DNA of 64,000 nucleotides from a virus. Its lineage: Duplodnaviria; Caudoviricetes. Shown in pieces: positions 26,692 through 36,800 of this stretch. Where the stretch lies: positions 18,165 to 82,164 of the IMG/VR virus record IMGVR_UViG_2867134129_000001; one strand, 5' to 3'. How positions within the stretch are numbered: position 1 is the first letter of the stretch; each line of letters starts with the position of its first letter. Position numbers and translations under genes: made by a program. Below the pieces are notes generated by a model. It did no database searches and had not been told where the DNA came from. It saw nothing but the letters and a program-made list of their open reading frames with translations.

Positions 26692-27566
26692 CAGGCCCTC
26701 CGTTCTGCTTGCGCGTACTGGCGTAGGAGTCGCGGCAACGCCGTGCCGTCGACGGTCCAGGTGGGGGCGTAGGGGATGGTCCAGCACCTGCAGGACGGGT
26801 GCAGCGGGGGCCCTTTGAGGGCGGTGGCGAACACGGTGCGTCGCGGGTCGAGGGAGAGGGCGGCAGGAAACCGTCGGCCGGCGGCGACGCTGCGTCCGGC
26901 GTAGGCGGCACATGCAGCGCAGGCGCCGGGTTCGGCGACCCATAGGAGCCGGGTGGTGGGCCCGATGGCGCGGGCGACTGCAGCAGCGGCGTGTGCGGCG
27001 GCGCTGGTGACGGCGACGGCGGCATGGCGGGCGATGCGGGTGACGGCGCGCCGGGCCCGGTTGAACACCCCTGTGACGCCTGCGAATCCGAGGGCGGTGA
27101 GGCTGGCCGCGGTAAGGAGCGCCAGCGCGTGGTGGTGCTCCTCGTCGACAGCGGCGGGTACGGCGTCTGCTGCGGCGGCGGCCTCGGGGCCGATGACGGG
27201 CTGGACCGGTGGCGACGGGGCTTCCCGCATCGCGGCGGCGAGCGCGGACGCTTGCCGGGTACTGAGCTGCGCCGAGTTGAAGGCGGCGATGCGGATGCTG
27301 TCGGCCGCCAGCTTGCCCTTGCCGCGGAACGCTTCGGTCAGCAGCTGCTTGATAGCGGCGATGAGCCGGTCCAGGGCGCTGGGTGACGGGAGGGTTTGCC
27401 GGTCGGTGGCGTGGAGCCATTGCCGGGTGGCTACCTGCTGGGCGCCGGTGAGCGCGCGGGCGAGGGGGGCTGCTGCGTCGTGGGCGGCTTGCTGTTCGAT
27501 GCGGCGGAGTGCGGCGGGGAGTTGCCGTGCCGTGTCGGCTATACGGTTGCTGCTGACCATCACCAC
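26691..27566 (-). CDS. Minor head protein (Mu gpF-like)
   Basis: 'ACAAC...PPLHPSCRC' motif. Confidence 0.75.
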   Translation of the reverse strand: MVMVSSNRIADTARQLPAALRRIEQQAAHDAAAPLARALTGAQQVATRQWLHATDRQTLPSPSALDRLIAAIKQLLTEAFRGKGKLAADSIRIAAFNSAQLSTRQASALAAAMREAPSPPVQPVIGPEAAAAADAVPAAVDEEHHHALALLTAASLTALGFAGVTGVFNRARRAVTRIARHAAVAVTSAAAHAAAAVARAIGPTTRLLWVAEPGACAACAAYAGRSVAAGRRFPAALSLDPRRTVFATALKGPPLHPSCRCWTIPYAPTWTVDGTALPRLLRQYAQAERRA

Positions 27567-27716
27567 CCACCCCCTTGATCCTTGGATTCTAAGGACATCT
27601 TGCGCTATGGCCTTTGATTGTGCAGCATTGTGGTGGGTTCAGGGTTAACATCTGGGCTAACACGCCAGCGGACAAGGCGCCGCCGACGCGTGTAGGCCGC
27701 CCAAGGAGGCACCGAG

Positions 27717-28490
27717 ATGAGCACCCCCGCCCCCGCCACACCCGAGGGAACGACACCGGACCCCGGCACCCAGCCGGCCACCCCGCCTGCACCCCCGGCC
27801 GCACCGACTCCGCCAGAGTCGGCCGCACCCACCACCGAACCGGTAGAGCCCGCCACCGAACCCAAGGGGAAGTCCCCGACGTTCGAAGGCGACTTCGACC
27901 CGGCCAAGTTCCAGAAGCTCGTCGAGAACCTCCGTGGTGACGTCGAAGCCGAGAAGGCCAAGCGAACCGCCGCAGAGAAGAAAGCCGCAGACGATCAGGC
28001 CGCCTTCATGAAGAAGGTCGCCGGAGCGTTCGGCATCGAGACCGACGAGCAGAAGCCGCCCACCCCTGAAGAGCTCAGCGCGCAGCTGGCTGAGGCGCAG
28101 ACCCGGACCAAGGCGTCCGACGATCGCGCCCGCCAGACGCAGGTGGAGCTCGCCGTCTACAAGACGGCCGGGAAGCACGGCGGCGACCCCGACGCACTCC
28201 TCGACTCACGCTCCTTCGCCAAGGCCATCGAAAAGCTCGACCCGTTCGACGACGGGTTCGGTGAAGCGGTCGCCAAGGCGGTGAAGGCGGCAGTCGACAG
28301 CAACTCCAAGCTCGCGGCCAAGGCGCCGAAGCGGGAGCCGGAGCCCACCCCCGCAGGTGGCGCACCGATGGACGGGGCCGGGAACGGCAAGCGGCAGCTG
28401 GGTGCAGCGGACGTGGCGCGCATGACCGCCGAAGAGATCACCAAGGCCGTGCAGGAGGGAAGGCTCAACGCCTACCTCGGCAGCGGCTGA
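27717..28490 (+). CDS. Capsid scaffolding protein
   Basis: Pro-rich N-terminus, coiled coil, 'ALLDSRSF'; directly upstream of the capsid gene. Confidence 0.8.
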   Translation: MSTPAPATPEGTTPDPGTQPATPPAPPAAPTPPESAAPTTEPVEPATEPKGKSPTFEGDFDPAKFQKLVENLRGDVEAEKAKRTAAEKKAADDQAAFMKKVAGAFGIETDEQKPPTPEELSAQLAEAQTRTKASDDRARQTQVELAVYKTAGKHGGDPDALLDSRSFAKAIEKLDPFDDGFGEAVAKAVKAAVDSNSKLAAKAPKREPEPTPAGGAPMDGAGNGKRQLGAADVARMTAEEITKAVQEGRLNAYLGSG

Positions 28491-28510
28491 TGCCTCCCTA
28501 GGAGCCTCCG

Positions 28511-29362
28511 TTGTCCATCAACAACTTCAAGCCCGAGATCTGGTCGGCGCAGCTGCTGACCGCCCTCCGCGCCTCCCTCGTCTACGCCCAGCCGCAGCTC
28601 GTCAACACCAACTACGAGGGCGAGATCTCCTCGCGCGGCCAGTCGCTGCACATCACCACCATCGGCGACCCGACGATCTTCGACTATGACGCGGGCGACA
28701 CCCTCAACTACGAGGACGTCGAGACCGCAGGCGTGGACCTGGTCATCGACCAGGGCAAGGCGTTCGCCTTCAAGCTCGACGACGTCGACAAGGCGCAGGC
28801 CCTCGTCAACCCCATGGGGCAGATGGCGCAGAACGCCGCCTACGGCCTCCGGGACCGGGCCGACGCCTACGTCGCCTCCCTGTACACCGGGGTGGCCAGT
28901 GCGAACACCGTCGGGTCGACCGGCTCCCCGATCTCTCTGAGCACCGCCACGGACGCCTACGACAAGGTCCTCGTGCCGCTCCGCACCAAGCTCGACCGGG
29001 CCAACGTCCCCACCGAGGGCAGGTACTTCGTCGGGTCCCCGGAATTCGAGGGCGCCCTCCTCCGCGACGACCGCTTCGTCCGCGTCGACGCCTCCGGTGG
29101 CGAGCAGGGCCTCCGCAACGGCATGACCGGCCGGGCCGCCGGCTTCGACATCCTGAAGTCGAACAACACCCCCAACCCGACCGGCAACGTGCAGGTCATG
29201 CAGGCCGGCTACCCGGGTGCGATCACCTACGCCGAGCAGATCCTGGAGACCGAGGCGCTGCGCCTCCAGTCGACGATCGCCGACGCGATCCGTGGTCTCC
29301 ACGTGTACGGCGCGAAGCTCCTGCGGCCCACCGGGATCGCGGTCGCCTTCGTCACTCCGTGA
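28511..29362 (+). CDS. Major capsid protein (P22 gp5-like)
   Basis: 'NFKPEIWSAQLL', 'NYEGEI', 'DAIRGLHVYGAKLLRP'. Confidence 0.92.
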   Translation: MSINNFKPEIWSAQLLTALRASLVYAQPQLVNTNYEGEISSRGQSLHITTIGDPTIFDYDAGDTLNYEDVETAGVDLVIDQGKAFAFKLDDVDKAQALVNPMGQMAQNAAYGLRDRADAYVASLYTGVASANTVGSTGSPISLSTATDAYDKVLVPLRTKLDRANVPTEGRYFVGSPEFEGALLRDDRFVRVDASGGEQGLRNGMTGRAAGFDILKSNNTPNPTGNVQVMQAGYPGAITYAEQILETEALRLQSTIADAIRGLHVYGAKLLRPTGIAVAFVTP

Positions 29363-29394
29363 TCCGTCGACCCATCTGACCTGGGAGTTTCCCC

Positions 29395-29772
29395 ATGCCT
29401 CGCACCGCAGTTCCGTACACCCAGTTCGTTCCGAACGGCCACCTGACCGACGTCGCCGGAACCACGATCGATTCCACGCTCGTGACCAACGGCGTAGTCA
29501 TCAACGACGTCGACCCCGAGCGCACCCTCATCCGCGTCACGAACACCGCCGGGGCTACGAAGGCCATCACCGTGAAGGCGGGCACCGGCACGCAGTCGTG
29601 GATGGCTGGGCAGGGCGATTCCGTGACGACCGCAGCGGCAACCAGCGGTGTGGAGTGGCTCGGCCCGTTCACTTCCGCCCGGTTCCAGCAGCGCGGTTCG
29701 AAGCTCTTCGTCGACTTCGCCAGCGGCACCACCGGCACGATCACGGTGTTCAAGCTCCCGAAGGCGTACTGA
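29395..29772 (+). CDS. Virion structural protein (possible capsid decoration)
   Basis: Thr/Gly beta-rich protein directly after the capsid gene. Confidence 0.6.
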   Translation: MPRTAVPYTQFVPNGHLTDVAGTTIDSTLVTNGVVINDVDPERTLIRVTNTAGATKAITVKAGTGTQSWMAGQGDSVTTAAATSGVEWLGPFTSARFQQRGSKLFVDFASGTTGTITVFKLPKAY

Positions 29773-29773
29773 C

Positions 29774-30361
29774 ATGGGGCGCCGCGAGTACATCGGCACA
29801 GGTGGGCTTCGGCTCCACCTGGACGACCCGCCGACCGGGGAGATGGCCAAGCAGGTCGCCCGCGGCCACCTGGTCCCCGTCTCCGGGAGCGCCCCAGACG
29901 TCCCGGACGGCGACAAGTCGCTCGTCGTCGTGGACGGGGCTGAGGCGACCACGGCGGACCGTATCGGTACGAAGCCCCCGGTGGGCGAGAAGCCGGGCGA
30001 CGACGGTACGGCGAAGGAGTGGGCGACCTACGCGGTCACCCTCGGCCTCCTCGCCGACCACGCCTACTCCCTCACGCTCACCCAGCTTCAGGAGTGGGTG
30101 ACCGCCCACGAGAAGGGGCTCGGCGAGGGCACCCCGGCGCCGGTTCCGAACCTGGATCCGGAGTCGCCGGCCACACCCGCCACCGAGGTGCCGGACCGGC
30201 CTGCGGCGAACGCGAAGGTCGCCGACTGGCGGGAGTACGCCATCGCCCTGGGCATGGACCCGGACCAGGCGAAGGACGCCACCAAGTCCGACTGCCAGGA
30301 CTACGCCCAGGTCGTCGAGGACTCCCGCGAGTCCGCCGTAGACCCCGAGGGCCAGGAGTAG
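29774..30361 (+). CDS. Hypothetical protein with two small helical repeats
   Basis: 'KEWATYAVTLG' and 'ADWREYAIALG' repeats. Confidence 0.7.
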   Translation: MGRREYIGTGGLRLHLDDPPTGEMAKQVARGHLVPVSGSAPDVPDGDKSLVVVDGAEATTADRIGTKPPVGEKPGDDGTAKEWATYAVTLGLLADHAYSLTLTQLQEWVTAHEKGLGEGTPAPVPNLDPESPATPATEVPDRPAANAKVADWREYAIALGMDPDQAKDATKSDCQDYAQVVEDSRESAVDPEGQE

Positions 30362-30364
30362 CCG

Positions 30365-30736
30365 GTGCCCTACGCGACTGTCCCCGATCTCGCGGCGTGG
30401 CTGGCCCCCGAGCCGGCCCCGTCGAACGCTGTGCGCCTGTTGACGTTGGCGTCGCAGCGTGTCGACCGTGCCCTGCTCGGGGCGTGGTATGACCGCGACG
30501 ACGCCGAGGTGCTGGAGGTGCTGCGGCAGGCGACGGTCCAGCAGGTGCATTGGATGCTGGAGCGCGGTGACGAGACCGAGGCCGAGTCGGATCTTCAGTC
30601 GATGTCGACGGGGCAACGGTCTTTCTCGAAGCGGGCGCTCCGGGATGGGGAGCAGCCTCAGCGGCTCGCCTCGGCCGTGGGTGACCTGCTGCGCACCTGC
30701 GGCTTGTTCCGGTTCGATCCGCTGGTGGTGGGCTGA
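30365..30736 (+). CDS. Head-tail adaptor
   Basis: 'YATVPDL...LLTLASQRVD'; synteny. Confidence 0.75.
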   Translation: MPYATVPDLAAWLAPEPAPSNAVRLLTLASQRVDRALLGAWYDRDDAEVLEVLRQATVQQVHWMLERGDETEAESDLQSMSTGQRSFSKRALRDGEQPQRLASAVGDLLRTCGLFRFDPLVVG

Positions 30737-31074
30737 TGCCGGGCCCCATCGGACGCCAGACGGTTGTGCTCGTTGACGCACCGCTGGTCAACGGGGACTA
30801 CAACACTGAGGTTCGGGACTGGGCGCACGTCACTCGTACCCCCGTGTACGGGTGCACCGTCGACTATGTGTCGTCGTCGGAGGCCCATGAGGCGCGCGAC
30901 CAGACGGTCACAGCCGCCCAGTTGGATATGCCGCGCCGCGCCCCCCGGGTGTCGGAGTGGTCCCGGGTCGAGTGGGACGGCCGCACCTGGGAGGTCGACG
31001 GGGTGCCTCGTGACGTTCAGGAGGCCGGTCCGCTGTCGGGGCAGACGGTGCGGCTGCTGGAGGTGGCCGGATGA
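30736..31074 (+). CDS. Head-tail stopper/closure protein
   Basis: 'RVEWDGRTWEVDGVP'; synteny. Confidence 0.75.
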   Translation: MPGPIGRQTVVLVDAPLVNGDYNTEVRDWAHVTRTPVYGCTVDYVSSSEAHEARDQTVTAAQLDMPRRAPRVSEWSRVEWDGRTWEVDGVPRDVQEAGPLSGQTVRLLEVAG

Positions 31075-31397
31075 ACGACATGCGCATTGACCTCGATGAG
31101 GACGCCATCGCCGGACTGGTACTGCATCCCGATGTGCAGACCGATCTTCGAGGCCGAATGAAGAAGGTCGAGGAGGTCGCGATCGCGACAGCCCCGGTCT
31201 ACACGGGCGAGTTCCAGGAGTCGATCCACCTCGTCGACCACTCCGACGCGGACGGCACTTGGCACGTCGATGCGGACGCCCCGCACTCGTACTTCGTGGA
31301 GCACGGGACCCGGCAGACGGACCGCAACGGCCGTTCGATTCACCCGCCCCGCTACACGATGTCCCACGCTCTCGACGCCGCAGGAGGCGACCACTGA
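31071..31397 (+). CDS. HK97 gp10-like neck protein
   Basis: 'APVYTGEFQESI', 'FVEHGT'. Confidence 0.8.
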   Translation: MNDMRIDLDEDAIAGLVLHPDVQTDLRGRMKKVEEVAIATAPVYTGEFQESIHLVDHSDADGTWHVDADAPHSYFVEHGTRQTDRNGRSIHPPRYTMSHALDAAGGDH

Positions 31398-31696
31398 TGA
31401 AGGAAAACTCGACGCCGGACCGACCGGAGATCGGGGAGGCCGTTCACTACCTGGACGGTGTGCTCGACGAGCAGCACTTGACCTGCCGCCGGGCCGTCGT
31501 CTGCGCCGTGCCCGAGCAGCTCCTGGCCGGGGACCACTTCGGAAGCTTGAACGGCACCGACGGCGAGTGGGCGGCCGACCTTGAGGTGACCGATCCGACC
31601 ACCACGTTCCTCAACGTCTTGTGCGCTGAGGATTCGCCGAGGCGGGGCACCTGGCACCGCGCCGAGGCCCCCAGTGAGGAGGCTTCCAATGTCTGA
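31397..31696 (+). CDS. Hypothetical protein
   Basis: 'PEIGEAVHY...GTWH'; coupled to neighbours. Confidence 0.6.
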   Translation: MKENSTPDRPEIGEAVHYLDGVLDEQHLTCRRAVVCAVPEQLLAGDHFGSLNGTDGEWAADLEVTDPTTTFLNVLCAEDSPRRGTWHRAEAPSEEASNV

Positions 31697-31904
31697 CTGC
31701 AGCACCGTGAAGATGCGCTTGACGTTCCCCCGGGGCAAGCAGCAGCCCGGCGAGATCGTCGAGGTCGCCTCCGACGAGGTCCACCGCTGGAAGGGCTTCG
31801 CCGAGCTGGTCAAGGACGACCCGAAGGCCGACGAGGTCGTCAAGACGGCAGGCGACAAGAACCCGACGACCGGCAGCGTGCCGCAGAAGGCCGCAGGCAA
31901 GTAG
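31689..31904 (+). CDS. Small hypothetical protein
   Basis: GAGGAGG RBS. Confidence 0.6.
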   Translation: MSDCSTVKMRLTFPRGKQQPGEIVEVASDEVHRWKGFAELVKDDPKADEVVKTAGDKNPTTGSVPQKAAGK

Positions 31905-31906
31905 CC

Positions 31907-32338
31907 ATGGTCACCCCGCTGGTCCTCCCTGACGGCAAGAAGGTCGCCATCGACCTGCTGAGCGCCGGCATGCCCGGTGTCCTTGTGACGTCGAAGCTCC
32001 CCGAGGGCAAGGCGCTGACCGCGGCGCTCCCCGTGGTCAGGGTCCTGCGGATCGGCGGCACCAGCACCATGCGCGGCTGGTCCGACCCGGCCACCACCGA
32101 CCGGCCCCGGTTCTCGATCGACTGCTACGCCCCCGACGAGGGCGCGGCCATGCGCCTCGCGCTGCGGGTGTGTGCCGCGTGGGAACTGTTCCCTGGACGC
32201 TCCACGGGGGACGCCACCGTCAGCGCCATCTCGCAGGAGACCGGCCCGCAAGACCGACCAGAAGAGCCCAACACCGGCATCGCCCGTGTCGGCATGATCC
32301 TGGGGATGAGCGTCCGCCCACCCCTCCCGAACAGCTAG
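31907..32338 (+). CDS. Tail terminator
   Basis: 'LPVVRVLRIGG...DRPRFSIDCYA'; before the major tail gene. Confidence 0.75.
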   Translation: MVTPLVLPDGKKVAIDLLSAGMPGVLVTSKLPEGKALTAALPVVRVLRIGGTSTMRGWSDPATTDRPRFSIDCYAPDEGAAMRLALRVCAAWELFPGRSTGDATVSAISQETGPQDRPEEPNTGIARVGMILGMSVRPPLPNS

Positions 32339-32348
32339 GAGGCCCGTC

Positions 32349-32936
32349 GTGGGCGACTCTGCGAACATCATCGTCGGCACAGCGGGCAAGGCGTATGCGG
32401 CCCCCGTCGGGACCACGTTCCCCACCGGACCGGAGGTCGCCTGGCCGGCTGGGTTCGCCGACATGGGGTTCATCACCCCGGACGGTCTCGAAGAGGCCCT
32501 GGCGGAGGAGCGCACCCAGCTCGACGCGTGGGGTGAGGACGCGCCCGTCGTCGACTTGGCGAAGAAGCGCACCCAGACGTTCAAGCTGGTCTTCCGGGAG
32601 ACGACTGCCCAGCTGCTGTCCCTGTACTACCAGGTGCAGATGGACAACATGACCAGCATCCCGTCGGCGGTGGGGCCGCCGGCGACAAAGCAGTTCCTGT
32701 CCTTCGGGTCCGGGTCGACCCAGGACACGGTGGAGATCGCCCTGGGTCTGGATGTGATCTACGGCGGGAAGCGCCACCGCATCATGATCGCCCGCTGTGG
32801 CGTGTCCGACCGGGGCGCCCGCAAGCACAGCGCGGACGACAGCTCGAACTACGAGCTGACCTTCACCGCCCTGTCCGCACCGGGTGGAGCCCAGTCCGTC
32901 CAGCACATGATCACCGAGGTCACCCTCCCCGCCTGA
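32349..32936 (+). CDS. Major tail protein
   Basis: 'APVGT..P....F.DMGFITPDG', 'YELTFTAL'. Confidence 0.85.
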   Translation: MGDSANIIVGTAGKAYAAPVGTTFPTGPEVAWPAGFADMGFITPDGLEEALAEERTQLDAWGEDAPVVDLAKKRTQTFKLVFRETTAQLLSLYYQVQMDNMTSIPSAVGPPATKQFLSFGSGSTQDTVEIALGLDVIYGGKRHRIMIARCGVSDRGARKHSADDSSNYELTFTALSAPGGAQSVQHMITEVTLPA

Positions 32937-33038
32937 CCCCTGACTGGTGATCCGTCGCGCCCAATCCCTGGCGGGGGCGGCACGGCGGATCACCTGCAAA
33001 GCCCCCGCCTGCCCCCGCCTGAGTAAGGAACCCGGACC

Positions 33039-33467
33039 ATGTCCAAGCCGAACCGCAAGGTTATCCGCCTCCAGGAGATGCGCGCCCAGATCGCGCAGAA
33101 GGCCGGGGTCAAGCACGTCGACCTCGTCTTCGAGGTCCCCGGCGACACCGAGGGCGAGGTCAACGAGCGCACCTGCTCGTTCCTCACCCAGGACTACTGG
33201 CCCCTCGCCGTTGTCAAGGCCGTCGAAGCGGAAGGCGACAGCAACAACCTCGGCGTCCTCCGGAAGATCGCGACCCCGCCCGAGGCGTTCGACCAGCTCA
33301 TCGAGACCGCCCAGCTCACCGTCGGTGAACTCACCGAACTACTCAAGGACATCAGCGGGGAGGCGGGCACCGACACGGGGGAAGGCTCCGGCTCCTCCAG
33401 CTCCTCGAAGAGCACTCCGGAGCCCTCCGCGCCGACCTCATCCGCTACTACCCCGGTCGCCGCCTAG
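33039..33467 (+). CDS. Tail assembly chaperone (G)
   Basis: Between the major tail and tape measure genes; contains a slippery site. Confidence 0.8.
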   Translation: MSKPNRKVIRLQEMRAQIAQKAGVKHVDLVFEVPGDTEGEVNERTCSFLTQDYWPLAVVKAVEAEGDSNNLGVLRKIATPPEAFDQLIETAQLTVGELTELLKDISGEAGTDTGEGSGSSSSSKSTPEPSAPTSSATTPVAA

Positions 33468-33874
33468 ACGAGTTCTGGGCCATGTCTTGGGGCGAGGGGT
33501 CCATGAACTGGGCTGAACTCCGGGACCTGGTCGAGCACCTGCCGGAGGACTCCGCAACGAAGGCGGCAACGGCTGGGGACGTGGACGGGAGGCGGTGGAC
33601 GCAGGGCACCTACTTGCAGGCCGCCCAGTACAACGCCCTCCTCCTCATGATCCGCGTCCTGTGGGCCGCCCATCTCAAGGGCGAACCACCGGACATGCCC
33701 CCGGTCGAATCCCCGGCCACCGAGGTCGACGAGCGGCAAGCCGAACTCGAAGCCGCCGGGGCTGCGTACAGCGAGGCAGTCCTCAACCAGTTTTCACCCA
33801 GCACCACCCAGACCGATCAAGCGGAGATCGACCACTGGGCCAGCAAGCTCCGCGAACTCGAAGCAGCACCGTAG
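33377..33874 (+). CDS. Tail assembly chaperone GT extension via -1 frameshift
   Basis: G GGG GAA at 33377-33383; -1 frame reads 'EHSGALRADLIRYY...LVEHLPEDSAT'. Confidence 0.85.
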   Translation, partial: GGRLRLLQLLEEHSGALRADLIRYYPGRRLDEFWAMSWGEGSMNWAELRDLVEHLPEDSATKAATAGDVDGRRWTQGTYLQAAQYNALLLMIRVLWAAHLKGEPPDMPPVESPATEVDERQAELEAAGAAYSEAVLNQFSPSTTQTDQAEIDHWASKLRELEAAP

Positions 33875-33888
33875 GAGGGGAGGGCAGC

Positions 33889-36800
33889 ATGGCCGAGCCG
33901 ACACTTGTCGGATCGACCCGGGTATCGCTCATCCCGGACACGACCCAGTTCGGCGACCGGCTTCGCGTCGAGCTGCCCTCCGCGATCCGCCAGCCCGCCA
34001 AGCTCGCCGGGGAAGTCGCCGGCGACCAGATCCTCGACGGGATCCGCCGGAAGCTCGCCGCAGCCACCCCCACCGTGCGGGTCGGCGTCGACCTCCTGCC
34101 AACGGTCGCCGAGGCCAAGCTCACCAAGCTCACCAAGGCCCGCACGATCAAGCTCACAGCGGAAGTCGACGAGAAGGCCGCAACCACCGCCCTGGCCCGG
34201 CTCACCCGCGACCGCACGGTGAAGGTCCGGGCCGAGCTGGACGACACCGCAGCCCGCACCGGGCTGGGCAGGCTCACGGACCAGCGCACCGTCAAGGTCA
34301 CCGCTCAACTCGATGACACCGCGGCGAAGACGGCTCTCAGGAAGCTGAACGCCGACCGCACCGTGAAGATCACAGCGCAGGTCGACGACACCGCGGCCAA
34401 GACGAAGCTCGCCGGGTTCGGGCAGACCACCGTCGACATCGTCGCCAAGATCAACGATGCGGCATACAAGCGGGTCGAGAAGGCCCTCGACAAGCTCACC
34501 GCCGACCGCTTCGTACAGCTCCGCGCCACCCTCGACACCCGCGTTGCCGCCAACGAACTCCGCGGCCTCACCCAACGCCAGCGGGTCCGCATCGGTGTCG
34601 ACGTTGACACCCGGGTCGCCGCCGACGACATCAACAACCTCACCCGCAGGCGCACCGTCCGCGTCGCAGCCCGAGCCGACACCACCGCGGCGAACACCGC
34701 CCTCAATCATGTGGCACGCGACCGAACCGTCAACATCCGCACCCGCCTTTCCGGACTCGCCGGAATCACCTCGGCGCTCGGAAGTTTCGGTGGCAGCGGC
34801 GGCAGCGCATCCGCCCAGGCCGGGCTTCTCTCCGGCCGGATAGCGAAGATTGCTGCCGCCGCGCTCCTGGCTACACCGCAGCTGTCGGCGATGGGCTCGG
34901 CAATCGGGCAGCTCGGCCCGCTCGCCGCCGTTGCAGCACCCGGCATCCTCACCCTCGTTTCCGCGTTCGCCGCGATCAAGCTCGGCACCTCGGGGGTCGG
35001 CGACGCCATCAAGGCAGCCTTCACCCCGGCACCGGCGGAAGCGAAGGCGGCGGTGACCGCTGCGCGGCAGGTGGAGTCGGCGCAGCGGTCCCTCGCCAAC
35101 GCCCACCGGGGTGTCGCCGATGCCGAACGGAACCTGTCCCAAGCTCAGCGGACCGCCCGCCAAGCGCAGCAGGAGCTGTCCGCCGCCCGACGCCAGGCCA
35201 TCCGCGACCTGGAGGACATGAACCAGCGCCTCCGCCAAGGCGCCCTCGACCAGAAGCAAGCCGCGCTTGACATCGAGCAGGCCGAACTCGACCTCGCCAA
35301 GATCCGTTCCGACCCGACCGCCACCCAGCTCCAGATCCAGCAGGCAGACCTTGCCGTACAGCGGGCGCGAGCAGCAGCCGACGAGCAGGCCCGGCAGCAC
35401 AAGCGCCAGCAGGTCGAAACCGCAGCAGCGAACAAGGCAGGGGTCGCCGGATCCGACGCGGTCGTGCAGGCACAGGAACGCATCCGGGCGGCAAGCGAGC
35501 AAGTCGCCGACCAGGAACGCGGCCTCGCCGACGCCCACCGAGCGGTCGCCGACGCGGCCCGTGCCGTGGCGGACGCCCAGACGAACGCTGCCACGCAGAC
35601 CACGAAGCTCAACGACGCCATCAGCAAGCTGTCACCGAACGCCCGCGGCTTCGTCGGCATCCTTCAGGAGATGGCACCCGCGTGGCGGGCCATGAAACTG
35701 GACGTCCAGGACAGCCTGTTCGCCGGGCTCGGCACCCGCCTCCAGGAGGTCGGTAGCCGCATCCTGCCCACCGTCCGGGCCGGTTTCGTCGGGGCCGCCA
35801 TCGAGCTCAACGCCATGGCGAAGAGCGCCCTTACCGCGGTCGACACCTTGGAGCGGACCGGGCAGCTGAAGGGCACCTTTGACGTCATCCGTGACGGGCT
35901 CGGGACCCTTGTACAGGTCCCGGGCCAGATCGTCACAGGCCTGTCCCAGCTCACCATCGCCGCCGGTCCCGCCTGGTACCGCATCACGGCCGGTGCGGGC
36001 GACGCCATGGACCGGGTCATGGGCCGGCTCGCCACCAGCCTGGAGAACGGGCGCCTCGAAGAGGCCATCAACACCGCCCTCGACGTCGCGGTCAGCTTTG
36101 GTGGGGTGCTGGCGGACCTTGGCGGCATCATCAAGAACGTCTTCGGGGCCGCCGCCGACGGGGGTGGCGACTTCTTCGCCATCATCGGATCCGCCCTGGC
36201 AGAGATCCGCCGGGTCACCGCCCTGCCTGAGGTGCAAGCCTCACTGAAGGCGATCTTCTCCGCCGTTCAGGCAGTGGCCGGCCTCCTTGCTGGGGCACTC
36301 GGCGACGCCATACAGGCAGTCCTGCCGGTCCTCGCCGCCCTGGCGCCCTCGGTGACGCAGGTTGCGAAGCTTCTCGGTCCCGCCGTCTCCGACCTGTTCG
36401 CAACACTGGGGGAGGCGCTCCTCCCTGTCGCGGAGGCCCTGGGCCCGGTGCTGATGGTGGCCGCCCAAGCGATCATCGCCCTAGTCAAGGCCGTGTCGCC
36501 ACTCCTCCCAGTTCTCGGCCAGCTGATCGCCGACCTCCTGCCACTGGTCATACCGATCTTCGACACGCTGATCATCGTCTTCAACCAGTTGGCCCCGGTC
36601 ATCGCCCAGATCGCCGGGATCCTCGGCCCGGTCCTCAGCCCCATCATCAAGGGCCTGTCCGCCGTCATAGCCGAGCTGGCCGGGCAGTACGCGGCGGCGT
36701 TCATGCGGGTCCTGCAGCAGCTGCTGCCGATCATCCCGATGCTCGTGCCGCCGCTCATGCAGCTCGGGAAGAGCATCGGAGACATCCTCCTCGCCCTGGC

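Noticed and set aside
26170-27570. 466-aa ORF as a single protein
   Set aside because: The N-terminal part is an Arg/Pro-rich off-frame overlap of the gpF gene; the real terS starts at 26691
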